A stretch of 49,186 nt of DNA from an uncultured bacterium. GTDB lineage: Bacteria > Patescibacteriota > Minisyncoccia > Phycocordibacterales > UBA2100. Where the stretch lies: NCBI GenBank assembly GCA_903824595.1, contig CAIJXH010000017.1, positions 1-49,186 of the forward strand, given 5' to 3'. Positions 38,301-47,374 of the stretch are shown in pieces; positions within the stretch are counted from its first letter, which is position 1; each line of letters opens with the position of its first letter. Under the pieces are notes generated by a model. It was not told the DNA's origin and ran no database searches. It worked only from the letters and a program-made list of their open reading frames with translations. The translations under genes were made by a program, and so were the position numbers.

Positions 38301-39219
38301 ATACACCGCGCCTCTCAAGCAGTTCGTACCTTCAGGGACCGTGGTGAGTGTTTCTCATACGTATGCAACGAGCGTCTCTCCGATCGTGAGTATGAGCGCT
38401 ATCGATATGAACGGCATGCGGAGTAATGTGGTTACCTTGAACAGAATGATATGTGCGGTTTCTATGCCGCCAACAGTTCATGCGATCGTCGGAAGTAGCT
38501 CTGGGGGCAGTGCGTGTGTCGTCAATCAGCCCTATACGCTTACCATGCAGGCGACCGACCCCGAAGGCGACCAGCTCAAATACGAGATAGATTGGGGAGA
38601 TGGGTCCGCGCACTCTTTTGCTCCACTCTCCGGGTACGTCCCTTCTGGGACAGCTCAAACTGTTTCTCATACCTATGCTGCGTACACCGCAAGCACCATC
38701 AAAGTGCACGCCATAGATACAGGCGGCAATGTCTCTGCTGAACAAGATAGCGTGTTCTCGTGCGAATGTCCGCACGTGTTTCATTGCAATAATCAGACCA
38801 TCGAAGAAACACTATCTAATTGTAGTGTGCACAGGGGAGACACGTGCGTTGCGCCAAAATTTTGTTCGGAGGGTGCGTCAGTATGTTATGCGCCACCTTC
38901 ATTCAACCAAATCCCCAATCCAAACAACCCAACGGGCGCCAATCTGACAGGACATTTGCAAGCCATACCATCGCTTGTACGCAAGGGTTCCCCGGTCAAG
39001 CTCTATTGGAGTGTTGGCAATGTCAGTCGTTGCTCCGTATCAAGCTCTGATTCTGCGGCAGCGCATGATAGGTGGAGCGATTTCGCATCGACCAACGCGG
39101 GCGTGTCTACATCTGCCATACAAAGTCAAACCATCTACACGCTGCAGTGTTCAGGGCAAGCGGGATCGTTCACCGAAACAGCGACCGTGAATCTGGCGCC
39201 TGTAACGAGCGAAAAATAA
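35341..39219 (+). CDS. Large multidomain surface protein: signal peptide, Ig-like region, internal TM hairpin, Kelch-like beta-propeller, two PKD-like domains, Cys-rich segments
   Basis: Signal peptide ending ARA; six repeats VIGDYVYLFGG...IYRAPVSNPLAWxDTG; two ATDPExDxxxYEIxWxDGS motifs; TATACT 8 nt before ATG 35341. Confidence 0.88.
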   Translation: MRVMSYVFSALFCLFVCVPVMARAQSTTTPPQAIVLATVNIQNAQITKQDGHAFSISFDLTNREGVQHDVDYSVELIQDDNGQFVADQNVYLAHLILQEHSSTHQTITYTAPASLDGTYRMFISSKNASGFPFGVAYVKDVTLVSSSDVRISPHTCYLTVKEDKKSKHYMLTEGVDIAKDETIHLTCVAENTSDHSVSIIPEYQTRFRSEYGDNVPHVGGSQDPIVLPQHKTTQFTLELPKATKPQAYSVNISFGASHGIGSILVHYVLRGASATIQNISLDQNRYAAGDTALVSFMWTPSADGFPDSRAGTSSPSVVSFQAILTNRSGAVCGELTQSLPPTMVVHAPLSIAVNCLDPHLSLDLRDVHGVSLARGVLVVQSPVRTFWIYLIFICIVSMVVLLWFLRKKMRARVMAPMLVMGVIVLLPGYARGDTVMFPFGQASGPAHLAPITFTFNLDKSSYTPGSALTLTSYAEGTFCGNTVFEAYAYFVANLQGDWRTIMNAIVGQWAQPIGGNGWFGIHSESDSGYHTQIGPFSTVFTAPSYPGTYPLYIYAAGAQADLSGRWFYDDRTVALYFTVTGNSCWFNGTPIAHGGSTYAYPTATSVCGVSGQVRVCNNGVLSGSYPYSSCISNQAPLFSINSVTADSACTINKPYYVALSATDPENDKVRYEIQWNDGSPVESVPNIHNTPSGIVVTPWLGAWTDSGSTLPAELLGSQTSVIGTYIYLFGGQDKNGSAIDAIYRAPVSNPTSWVDTGAKLPARIFASQRVIIGDYVYLFGGYNTGPVSSIYRAPISNPLAWVDTGATLPGAPVASEAAIIGDFVYLFGGYTDDIYRAPVSNPLAWVKTGAKLPGVIGWSSLAVVGDYVYLFGGNTGEPRWTNVIWRAPVSNPLAWTDTGAHIPSTLDWSQAQVIGDYVYLFGGYTDAGGSQHAMNTVYRAPVSNPLSWADTGLVLPDGLAGSQAVSVGGAVYMLGGFQNNRGRSNVIYTAPLKQFVPSGTVVSVSHTYATSVSPIVSMSAIDMNGMRSNVVTLNRMICAVSMPPTVHAIVGSSSGGSACVVNQPYTLTMQATDPEGDQLKYEIDWGDGSAHSFAPLSGYVPSGTAQTVSHTYAAYTASTIKVHAIDTGGNVSAEQDSVFSCECPHVFHCNNQTIEETLSNCSVHRGDTCVAPKFCSEGASVCYAPPSFNQIPNPNNPTGANLTGHLQAIPSLVRKGSPVKLYWSVGNVSRCSVSSSDSAAAHDRWSDFASTNAGVSTSAIQSQTIYTLQCSGQAGSFTETATVNLAPVTSEK
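37447..38313 (+). repeat. Six Kelch-like coding repeats (about 48 aa each)
   Basis: Repeated YLFGG and RAPVSNP motifs. Confidence 0.85.
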
Positions 39220-39249
39220 CAATACGCGGAAAACGGGAACCGCAAGAAA

Positions 39250-39435
39250 CTAATTCAGCAGTGTTGCCAAGATTACCTCCACGATGGTGACGGCGATAAA
39301 GAGCGCGAATGCGAACACGCACTGACGCCAGTCAAACTCAATGAACAACATACAAACAGCGTAGGTGCAAAACCCGACACATCCTATCCATAACGCGGAA
39401 TTGCACGCAAGAACCAATCCACCGATCTTTTTCAT
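39250..39435 (-). CDS. 61-aa two-TM membrane microprotein, paralog B
   Basis: MKKIGGLVLACNSALW...YAVCMLFIEFDWRQCVFAFALFIA...; TATACT 7 nt before the ATG. Confidence 0.82.
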   Translation of the reverse strand: MKKIGGLVLACNSALWIGCVGFCTYAVCMLFIEFDWRQCVFAFALFIAVTIVEVILATLLN

Positions 39436-39507
39436 GTACATAAGTATAGCGCATTTCGACGCATGATACCCTTTGGATACTGACCGTGAGGCGGTATACT
39501 TATCATG

Positions 39508-40188
39508 ATGATCTATTACGATAACGTAACGAAAACGTATGGCAGTGCATCGCCTGCGGTACATGCAGTTACGTTGTCTATACAACCGGGAGAATTTGTG
39601 TCGATTGTCGGCCATTCTGGAGCGGGGAAGACGACGTTATTGAAGATGTTGTTTGCAGAAGTGCGACCGACAGAAGGTGATGTTTATTTTCGCGAACATC
39701 CGATTTCAGGTTTCCGTACCGCTGAACTCTTGAAACTGCGACGCAATATAGGTACGATTTTTCAGGATTTCCGCCTTATTCCGACAAAGAACGTGTATGA
39801 GAACATAGCGTTCGCGCTTGAGGTAGCAGGAAGAAGCGACGAAGACATCGAAGCAGATGTGCCCCATGTGCTCGAGCTCGTTGGATTGCCTGATAAACTG
39901 TGGAGCTTTCCATCACAGCTCTCTGGTGGCGAACAGCAGCGCGTGGCTATTGCGCGCGCTATTGTCAATCAGCCCGATGTGCTTATTGCAGATGAGCCAA
40001 CAGGCAACCTCGATCCTATCAATGCGCACGATGTGGTGGAAATTCTAAAAAAAATCAATGATCTTGGTACGACTGTGCTTCTTACGACGCACAACAAATC
40101 AGTCGTCGATTCCATCGGGCGACGCGTCGTCACAATGGACCAAGGACGCATTATCCGTGATGATGCGCAGGGAAAATACGTTTTGTAG
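39508..40188 (+). CDS. ftsE: Cell division ATP-binding protein FtsE
   Basis: GHSGAGKTT, IFQDFRL, LSGGEQQR and ADEPTGNLD motifs; adjacent to ftsX. Confidence 0.94.
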   Translation: MIYYDNVTKTYGSASPAVHAVTLSIQPGEFVSIVGHSGAGKTTLLKMLFAEVRPTEGDVYFREHPISGFRTAELLKLRRNIGTIFQDFRLIPTKNVYENIAFALEVAGRSDEDIEADVPHVLELVGLPDKLWSFPSQLSGGEQQRVAIARAIVNQPDVLIADEPTGNLDPINAHDVVEILKKINDLGTTVLLTTHNKSVVDSIGRRVVTMDQGRIIRDDAQGKYVL

Positions 40189-40200
40189 TAGAATGACACT

Positions 40201-41127
40201 ATGGCACTTTGGATAAACATACAACGGGTTGCTCGATACGGACTCATCGGATTTGTGAGAAATGCTTTCGTGTCGTTGTCGGCGGTTTTGGTAATGACGA
40301 TCACGTTATTTGTCGTCTCTGGTATTATGCTTTCAAACGCGGCACTCGAGGCAACGCTAAAACAGCTGACCGATAAAGTGGATGTGACCGTGTATTTCCA
40401 GACCGATGCTTCTCAAGATCAGATAGCGCAAGTCCAAAAGATGCTCACGGCGTTGCCTGAAGTGGCGTCGATTGCTTTTGTATCGCGCGATCAGGCGCTG
40501 GCGTTGTTTCGCGAGCGGCACAAAAGCGACCAGTTGACCCTTCAAGCGCTTGATGAACTCTCGGATAATCCGCTCGGAGCTTCGCTTGAGGTGCGAGCAA
40601 AACAAACATCACAATACGAGTCGATCGCGCAATTCCTTGAGACTCAGCAAAAGAGCGATGGTGCGGGGTCCGCGATTGATCACGTGAACTTTTTTCGGAA
40701 TAAAGGTGCTATCGATCAGCTCACGAAGGTCATTGATGCGTCCCAGCGTGTTGGTTTTGCCGTTGCGCTCGTGCTCGTACTATCGTCGCTTTTGATCGCA
40801 TTCAATACGATACGATTGGCAATCTACACGTCGCGCGATGAAATAGGCGTCATGAATCTCGTGGGAGCATCACATTGGTATGTGCGTGGACCATTTGTCA
40901 TGTCAGGCGTGTTATATGGTGTTGTCTCGAGTCTCCTTGTGTTGCTGTTGCTGTATCCTGTGACGGCATGGCTTGGCCCGGCAAGCGGTCGTTTCTTCGG
41001 TTCGTTCAACGTATTTACGTATTTTGTTGAGCATTTCCCACACTTTTTTGCTGTTATCAGCAGTTCTGGTGTAGCGCTCGGCGCGTTATCCAGTTATCTC
41101 GCTGTCCGCCGCTACTTGCGGATATGA
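40201..41127 (+). CDS. ftsX: Cell division permease FtsX
   Basis: NPLGASLEV and NTIRLAIY..RDEIGVMNLVGAS.WYVRGPF motifs. Confidence 0.94.
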   Translation: MALWINIQRVARYGLIGFVRNAFVSLSAVLVMTITLFVVSGIMLSNAALEATLKQLTDKVDVTVYFQTDASQDQIAQVQKMLTALPEVASIAFVSRDQALALFRERHKSDQLTLQALDELSDNPLGASLEVRAKQTSQYESIAQFLETQQKSDGAGSAIDHVNFFRNKGAIDQLTKVIDASQRVGFAVALVLVLSSLLIAFNTIRLAIYTSRDEIGVMNLVGASHWYVRGPFVMSGVLYGVVSSLLVLLLLYPVTAWLGPASGRFFGSFNVFTYFVEHFPHFFAVISSSGVALGALSSYLAVRRYLRI

Positions 41128-41140
41128 TATTGTAGTCTGT

Positions 41141-42793
41141 ATGAAGCGTGCGCGCGCCGATCACAAATATATTTTCGTCGTGGGCGGCGTCATGTCGGGT
41201 GTTGGCAAAGGCATTGCGACCGCCTCAATCGGCAAAATACTTGCGGCGCGAGGACTTTCTGTGAATCTCGTGAAAGTCGATCCATATCTCAATGTTGATG
41301 CGGGCACCATGAATCCTACCGAGCATGGCGAAGTGTTCGTGCTTGATTCTGGTTTGGAGACCGATCAGGACATGGGCAACTACGAGCGTTTTCTCGATCG
41401 TGATCTCGGACCAGAAGACTATATGACCAGTGGTATGGTGTACCAGAGTGTTATTGAGCGCGAGCGCAATTTGGGCTATGGCGGCAAGTGTGTCGAAGCG
41501 GTGCCGCATGTGCGAGGTGCGATTGTCGAGCGTTTCGAGCGCGCAGCCGCGCTCGCCAAATCTGATGTCACGGTCGTTGAAATCGGCGGTACGGTTGGTG
41601 ATTTTTCAAACGCGCTCTTTATCGACGCGGCGCGCGTGTTGAAAATGAAATATTCTGAAGACGTGCTGTTCGTTATGGTGTCGTATTTGCCGGTGCCTTC
41701 GACGATCGGAGAAATGAAGACACGCCCGACGCAGCACGCGGTAGCGGCGCTGAATTCGTATGGTGTGCAGCCTGATGTTATTGTTGCGCGCTCTACGCAT
41801 CCGCTTGATCAAAAACGCAAAGAAAAACTTGCCATCCAATGCAGTGTGGAAGCAAATTGCATCATATCCGCACCCGATGTGGATTCGGTATACGATGTGC
41901 CGCTCAATTTCGAGCGCGACAAACTTTCCGACATTTTGCTCGAGACGCTTGATCTCCAGCCGAAGCACGAGTCTGACATGAGTGATTGGAGGCGTTTCGC
42001 GGCGCATGCGCACAACGGCAAAGGTACGGTGAAAATCGGCATCGTCGGCAAATATTTCGATACGGGCGACTTCGTGCTTTCCGATGCGTACCTCTCGGTG
42101 ATTGAGGCGATCAAATATTCCGCATACGCTGCGGGTGTGAAGCCCGAGATTTCATGGCTCAATGCAAAAGAGTACCAGACCAATCCAAAAGCTGTGTCGG
42201 AGCTCGCGGCATACGACGGCATCCTCGTACCGGGCGGCTTTGGTGAGACGGGCATAGAAGGCAAGATCAATGCGATTCGCTTCGCGCGCGAACACAAGAT
42301 TCCGTACTTCGGGCTTTGCTACGGTATGCAGCTCATGACGATTGAGTATGCGCGCAACGTCGCCAATCTCGCGGGTGCACACACGACCGAAATCGATCCC
42401 AAGACATCGCATCCCGTCATCATGATTCTGCCCGATCAGGCGGAAAAATTGGCACGCAAGGATTATGGTGGTTCGATGCGCCTCGGCGCGTATCCGTGTG
42501 TGTTGAAGAAGGGGACAATCGCGCGCAGTGCGTATGGTGCGGAAGAGATCTCCGAACGCCATCGTCATCGCTACGAGGTGAATCCAGAGTATATCGAGCG
42601 CTTGGAAAAAGCCGGACTCATCTTTTCTGGCAAATCGCCCGACGGCACGCTCATGGAAATCGCCGAACTCCCGAAGAACGAACATTCTTTCATGCTTGGT
42701 GCGCAATTCCATCCCGAGCTTCGCGCCCGTCCACTCTCTCCACATCCGCTCTTCAACGCGTTTATCGCGGCGGCGATACAAAAGCGTATTTAG
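41141..42793 (+). CDS. pyrG: CTP synthase
   Basis: KYIFVVGGVMSGVGKG, DPYLNVDAGTM, GLCYGMQ, ERHRHRYE and QFHPE motifs. Confidence 0.98.
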   Translation: MKRARADHKYIFVVGGVMSGVGKGIATASIGKILAARGLSVNLVKVDPYLNVDAGTMNPTEHGEVFVLDSGLETDQDMGNYERFLDRDLGPEDYMTSGMVYQSVIERERNLGYGGKCVEAVPHVRGAIVERFERAAALAKSDVTVVEIGGTVGDFSNALFIDAARVLKMKYSEDVLFVMVSYLPVPSTIGEMKTRPTQHAVAALNSYGVQPDVIVARSTHPLDQKRKEKLAIQCSVEANCIISAPDVDSVYDVPLNFERDKLSDILLETLDLQPKHESDMSDWRRFAAHAHNGKGTVKIGIVGKYFDTGDFVLSDAYLSVIEAIKYSAYAAGVKPEISWLNAKEYQTNPKAVSELAAYDGILVPGGFGETGIEGKINAIRFAREHKIPYFGLCYGMQLMTIEYARNVANLAGAHTTEIDPKTSHPVIMILPDQAEKLARKDYGGSMRLGAYPCVLKKGTIARSAYGAEEISERHRHRYEVNPEYIERLEKAGLIFSGKSPDGTLMEIAELPKNEHSFMLGAQFHPELRARPLSPHPLFNAFIAAAIQKRI

Positions 42794-42828
42794 CCGTTAG
42801 TGCTTTTTACTCGTATTCATTTTGCAGT

Positions 42829-43323
42829 CTATTGAATCTTGAACGAGCGCGCTGCGGATTCAATGATTTTCTTCTTGTAGTGTGGGAAATGTTCCTGCAG
42901 ATGTGCTGCAATACGCTTCTCGAGTATTTTTGGGCGGTGTTCTAGCATAGGTGTCTCTGCGATAATAGAACGGTATGCTTCATGGGCGACTTGAAGAAGT
43001 GAGACCATCTCATCTTCCGTTGATTTCATAATATCATCGCCAAATATCTCTGGGTCAACACCTGCCGTGCGCAAATAATTCTGTATCTCGATCATTTCTG
43101 CTTTGTGCATATCCCACTGTTTGCGCGGCGTTTCCATGTAGAACAAGCGAGCGCGATTCCTTGCGTTCTCGATGATCTCATCTTCTTCTGTTCTAGCGTT
43201 GGATGTTTGTTCGTTATCTTCCCCGAGTCCTTCGGACGCAAGGCGCTTCTCCCACTCCGCTTGTAATGCGGCTTGTTTCTCGGCGGATAATACTTTCTTC
43301 TTCGGACCAGATTCTATGCCCAT
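42829..43323 (-). CDS. Hypothetical protein
   Basis: Charged helical ORF filling the gap; TACTCT 8 nt before ATG 43323. Confidence 0.7.
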   Translation of the reverse strand: MGIESGPKKKVLSAEKQAALQAEWEKRLASEGLGEDNEQTSNARTEEDEIIENARNRARLFYMETPRKQWDMHKAEMIEIQNYLRTAGVDPEIFGDDIMKSTEDEMVSLLQVAHEAYRSIIAETPMLEHRPKILEKRIAAHLQEHFPHYKKKIIESAARSFKIQ

Positions 43324-43360
43324 AGAATAAAAGAGTATCACACGGATATACAAAAAAGAA

Positions 43361-43382
43361 GTCCGGATTGTGTAATCCGGAC
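43361..43382 (-). terminator. Terminator of the small minus-strand gene
   Basis: gtccggatt-gtgt-aatccggac with a U-tract on the minus strand. Confidence 0.6.
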
Positions 43383-43397
43383 ATGAGATGCATGTTG

Positions 43398-43646
43398 CTA
43401 TTGGATATATCGCTTTCTTGTAGAGTAATTCATCTGAATTTTAAACATTTCAAACGACACTCCCTGATCTCCGTCATCTGGAGATATTCCGGCCTCTCTC
43501 CTAGCGGCTACCCATATGCGCCGCAGTCGTTTGTCCGCATCAAAAGCGAGCATCCAGCTCGCACCTCCATTTTGGATAGTCTCCACAAGAATCTCCGCGC
43601 GGAGACTCTCTTTATATACCTTATATTGGTCAAAGGTTACGGTCAT
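43398..43646 (-). CDS. 82-aa hypothetical protein
   Basis: SD AGAGGAGG upstream; terminator downstream. Confidence 0.6.
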   Translation of the reverse strand: MTVTFDQYKVYKESLRAEILVETIQNGGASWMLAFDADKRLRRIWVAARREAGISPDDGDQGVSFEMFKIQMNYSTRKRYIQ

Positions 43647-43765
43647 TTCATGACCTCCTCTTCTCTATTTCAACGATGCTCAAACGTTGATAATACAGAT
43701 ATATTCTACATATGCAAGAGATCATCGAACGTTGCATGCAATCGTGACAAACGCTACACTAACGC

Positions 43766-44806
43766 ATGTCAAAATTCTACGAAGGGTTTACGTTTGACGA
43801 TGTGCTTATTCGCCCCGGCGAAAGCCGTATGGAGCCACGGGAGGCATCGCTTGCGACGAGGTTGGCGGGGATTGATCTCGCGCTGCCGTTCCTCTCGGCG
43901 GCGATGGATCGCGTGACAGAAAGCTCGATGGCGATTGCGCTCGGGAAGCTGGGTGCGCTCGGCGTGATACATCGCAATTGCACCGTGGAAGAGCAGGTGC
44001 GAATGGTGCGCGAAGCGAAGGCGGCAGGAGTGTCTGTGGCTGCCGCGTGCGGACCATTTCACCTGGAGCGCGCCAAGGCGCTCGACGAAGCAGGGTGCGA
44101 TGCGATCGTCGTGGATTGTGCGCATGGACACAACATGAACGTGATGGAGAGTGCGAAAAAAATCAAGAAATCGCTCAAACATGCCAAACTCATCTTCGGC
44201 AACATCGCGACCGCCGAAGCGGCAAAAGCAGCATGCGCATTTGCCGACGCAGTGAAGGTGGGTGTGGGTCCGGGAAGTATTTGCACTACGCGTATTGTCT
44301 CGGGTGTGGGCGTGCCGCAGCTTTCGGCGATACTCGATGTTGCTGCTGTGGCGGCGAAGAAAAAAGTTCCCGTCATTGCCGATGGTGGTATGCGCACCTC
44401 GGGCGACATCGCAAAAGCGCTCGCGGCAGGAGCGTCGGCTGTCATGCTTGGCAATCTCTTGGCGGGTACCGACGAGGCACCGGGCGCGATCGTGGAACGT
44501 GAAGGAAAGAAATATAAAGAATATCGCGGCATGGGATCGCAAGCGGTGATCGAGAGTGCTTCCGGTTCAGAACGCTATCTCACCAAAGGCAGAAAGGCGG
44601 TGCCAGAAGGAGTGGAAGGGCTTGTGTCGTGCAAGGGTTCGGTGAGCGAGATTGTGGCGACGCTTGCGTCGGGTGTGCAGGTGGGCATGGGATACGTGGG
44701 CGCGTGTACGATTTCTGAATTTTCAAAAAAATCCCGCTTCATCCGCATTACACACGCTTCCATTGTGGAAAGTAAGCCGCACTCGCTCGCGGGGATTACG
44801 GGGTAG
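43766..44806 (+). CDS. guaB: IMP dehydrogenase (short form lacking CBS domains)
   Basis: [33 protein letters not shown] and PEGVEG motifs; 346 aa. Confidence 0.93.
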   Translation: MSKFYEGFTFDDVLIRPGESRMEPREASLATRLAGIDLALPFLSAAMDRVTESSMAIALGKLGALGVIHRNCTVEEQVRMVREAKAAGVSVAAACGPFHLERAKALDEAGCDAIVVDCAHGHNMNVMESAKKIKKSLKHAKLIFGNIATAEAAKAACAFADAVKVGVGPGSICTTRIVSGVGVPQLSAILDVAAVAAKKKVPVIADGGMRTSGDIAKALAAGASAVMLGNLLAGTDEAPGAIVEREGKKYKEYRGMGSQAVIESASGSERYLTKGRKAVPEGVEGLVSCKGSVSEIVATLASGVQVGMGYVGACTISEFSKKSRFIRITHASIVESKPHSLAGITG

Positions 44807-44848
44807 TGTTCTCGGATTATATAGAACAATGACCTTGTTGTGTATCAA

Positions 44849-45715
44849 TCACTCGCTTGCCCATGTACGCGTGAATATCTTGTGTCCCTGAGTATCGAAA
44901 ATAGACATCTCACCAGGATTGCATTGTGTTCTGATGCTCCATAGCGCCGTGATCGATCCAAGTACACCATTTACGTTTTTGCATTGAAGAAAAATGGTTT
45001 CTGTTGCGGATGGGTCAGGTGTCAAGGATTGATCATAGTCGATGATGTGATAGACAGTGGAACCTGTGAGATATTTTGCCTCCACAGGGAGACCAGAAAC
45101 ACCAACAACCATACCATTGGCAAACGCCATTCGTTGTATACGCGGATCAGGTGGTGGTAGCGGTCCGTCGTAATTGTCGCCGTATGTCTTCACATACGAC
45201 GTAATTTCTTGCGCGGTTGGTTGCGATATTGACGCAAGAGCCGTGATACTCCCTCTATCCTTCAAAGCGGTAGTACACCCTCGTATCATTTCTACACGTG
45301 TTCTGGGTCCGATTGCTCCTTCATCAACCTTTGTGATTGCGATATTGTGAGCTGATTGCCAGTGTTGCAATGCTCGAGAGGTCGCTGTATTCAACTGACC
45401 AGTGATCGGTTCATCATATTCGCCTTCTGCCGAGAGAAACCTTTGCAATCTCGACACTTCGCCACCTGTATCAGCATCAGTGGCATCGAGGGAGAAATCA
45501 TGGGTCACCAACAAACAATGCGCGGCTGATGTTGTGGAATGCCCCTGTTCAGTGCCTCTTTTCATCATTTGTGTCGCTTGTGTAATCGCTTGCGACGCGA
45601 CTTGTGTGGCGGAATCTCTTGCGGATTGCGGAAGTGACGGATTGGCACTCACAATCCCAAGGAGAACGAGGGCGGTTTGGAGAAGCGCAATGATCGGTGC
45701 GAAGACGGAGGACAT
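44849..45715 (-). CDS. Secreted protein with a peptidoglycan-binding (PGBD-like) domain
   Basis: Hydrophobic N-terminus; GGEVSRLQRFL...TG.....T..ALQHWQ..H.I...G.IGPRTR motif. Confidence 0.8.
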   Translation of the reverse strand: MSSVFAPIIALLQTALVLLGIVSANPSLPQSARDSATQVASQAITQATQMMKRGTEQGHSTTSAAHCLLVTHDFSLDATDADTGGEVSRLQRFLSAEGEYDEPITGQLNTATSRALQHWQSAHNIAITKVDEGAIGPRTRVEMIRGCTTALKDRGSITALASISQPTAQEITSYVKTYGDNYDGPLPPPDPRIQRMAFANGMVVGVSGLPVEAKYLTGSTVYHIIDYDQSLTPDPSATETIFLQCKNVNGVLGSITALWSIRTQCNPGEMSIFDTQGHKIFTRTWASE

Positions 45716-45814
45716 GATAATTATGAGTTACTTGATATGGATGAAGTGAACCATGGAAAAGATCGCGGGGCAATGCGTATGATGGGGAAAATTCTGGAGC
45801 GACGCGCACTCATT

Positions 45815-46060
45815 TCAATCAGCATGCTTGCGGATGTTCAGGAGTCGGTATACGTCATTTTCGATGCGGAAATAGAATCGGACGTTCCTACTGACGCGCG
45901 CTTGCCACACATCGGTTGTCCCGCCGTATTTCTTTGCGTGCAAAGAAGGGTGTCGTATGTCGCGCACAAGATACGCAATCTGCTTTTCAAACAACATTTG
46001 CACCGACGGGGGAAATGTCTTGAATGCGCGCCTAAAACTTGGTGTGCGGACGATATTCAT
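45815..46060 (-). CDS. RelE/ParE-superfamily toxin
   Basis: 81 aa, basic; TPSFRRAFK, HPSLHAKK and WQARVSRNVRFYF motifs; ATGA-coupled to the upstream antitoxin. Confidence 0.82.
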   Translation of the reverse strand: MNIVRTPSFRRAFKTFPPSVQMLFEKQIAYLVRDIRHPSLHAKKYGGTTDVWQARVSRNVRFYFRIENDVYRLLNIRKHAD

Positions 46061-46287
46061 GCGCGAAGATCCTTCATCAATTCCTCAACGGAATGAAAAG
46101 GTCCCGCGACATCGCCCTCCGCGTCTTCCTGTATGCTCGCGCGCAACCACGCGGGGAGCTTCTTCATTGACGGTGTTTTCGCGGGTGTGTGACGGGCAAT
46201 GCGCGTCAGAGACTCATACTCCTTGCGAGAAAGTACGACGAGATCATCGTTGATCGACAGGGACTTCGGGATGGTCAAAGTAGCCAT
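46057..46287 (-). CDS. Putative antitoxin
   Basis: 76 aa; DLVVLSRKEYE and a C-terminal GPFHSVEELMKDL motif; TACAAT 6 nt before the ATG. Confidence 0.78.
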   Translation of the reverse strand: MATLTIPKSLSINDDLVVLSRKEYESLTRIARHTPAKTPSMKKLPAWLRASIQEDAEGDVAGPFHSVEELMKDLRA

Positions 46288-46427
46288 GACGACATTGTAG
46301 CACAATGGCTGGTTTTTATAGAATGGCACGCCGCACTCGCTTGCGGGGATTACGGGGTAGTCGAGCATGTGTTGACGGGATACATACCAAGATAGTACAT
46401 CAGCCCGTTTTGTTTTAGAGTATGTGT

Positions 46428-47360
46428 ATGGATTTGATCGCACGGATGGTTGCTTTTTGTATGACGATTCTTGCGGGGCTGTCGCACTCGGTCACCTATG
46501 TAGCGCCTTCACAGGTGATCGCCGCTTCACCTGAGTCTGTGAGTATGGTGTTTGGTGGCGACATGATGTTTGATCGCACCGTTCGACAGGTGATGGAGAT
46601 CAAGAGTGACGACTTCATTTTTTCATGTATTGACGACGTGTTGCATAACGACGATATCACGGTTGCAAATCTTGAAGGTCCGATAACTGAACACGCATCG
46701 ATCAGCGTGGGTTCACTGCCCGGTGACGGTTCAAATTTTACGTTTACATTTGCGACGAGTACCGCAATGCTTCTGGCGCGACACCACATTACTGTCGTAA
46801 ATCTTGGCAACAACCACGTCGTAAATTTTGGTACGAGCGGTGTACGCTCGACGATTTCTTTATTGCGTGAAGCGGGGGTGGATTATTTTGGAGATCCGAT
46901 TGCGCATAGGGTGACAACGTATGCCATGCATGGTGTGAATATCGCACTTATCGCGTACAACGAATTTGATTCTGGGGGTGCATCGAACGCTGCGTCGACT
47001 ACTCGCGCGGATATTCTCTATCAGAAAGCTGCGGGATATATGCCGATCGTGTATGCGCACTGGGGCGTGGAATACGCGACGACAAGTCCTTCATACGTCA
47101 GAGAACGTGCGCACTCGTTTGTCGATGCGGGTGCGATGTTGGTCATCGGCTCACATCCGCACGTGGTCGAAGATCACGAACTGTATCGTGGTATCCCTAT
47201 TTACTATTCACTCGGTAACTTTATATTTGATCAATATTGGAACGACGCGGTGAGGAATGGACTGCTCGTCTCGGTATTGCTGAATCGCAGGGGCGTTGCA
47301 AGCGTGCGTGAAATCCCTATACAACTTGAACATGATAGACGGACGTGTATGAAAAAATGA
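46428..47360 (+). CDS. CapA/PgsA-family metallophosphoesterase
   Basis: GDMMFDR, NLEG, NLGNNH, HWGVEY, GSHPHV and YSLGNFIFDQ motifs. Confidence 0.92.
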   Translation: MDLIARMVAFCMTILAGLSHSVTYVAPSQVIAASPESVSMVFGGDMMFDRTVRQVMEIKSDDFIFSCIDDVLHNDDITVANLEGPITEHASISVGSLPGDGSNFTFTFATSTAMLLARHHITVVNLGNNHVVNFGTSGVRSTISLLREAGVDYFGDPIAHRVTTYAMHGVNIALIAYNEFDSGGASNAASTTRADILYQKAAGYMPIVYAHWGVEYATTSPSYVRERAHSFVDAGAMLVIGSHPHVVEDHELYRGIPIYYSLGNFIFDQYWNDAVRNGLLVSVLLNRRGVASVREIPIQLEHDRRTCMKK

Positions 47361-47374
47361 GATACACTGTGGGG

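Larger units (their letters stand above)
44776..46361. mobile_element. 1.5-kb islet flanked by a 32-bp direct repeat of the guaB 3' end
   Basis: gccgcactcgct(c/t)gcggggattacggggtagt at 44776-44807 and 46330-46361 (1 mismatch). Confidence 0.75.

Noticed and set aside
43368-43916. 182-aa plus-strand ORF
   Set aside because: It overlaps guaB out of frame and an SD-supported minus-strand ORF, and its composition is not protein-like.
46428-47360. Poly-gamma-glutamate capsule operon
   Set aside because: Only a CapA-family gene is present; there is no capB/capC in the window.
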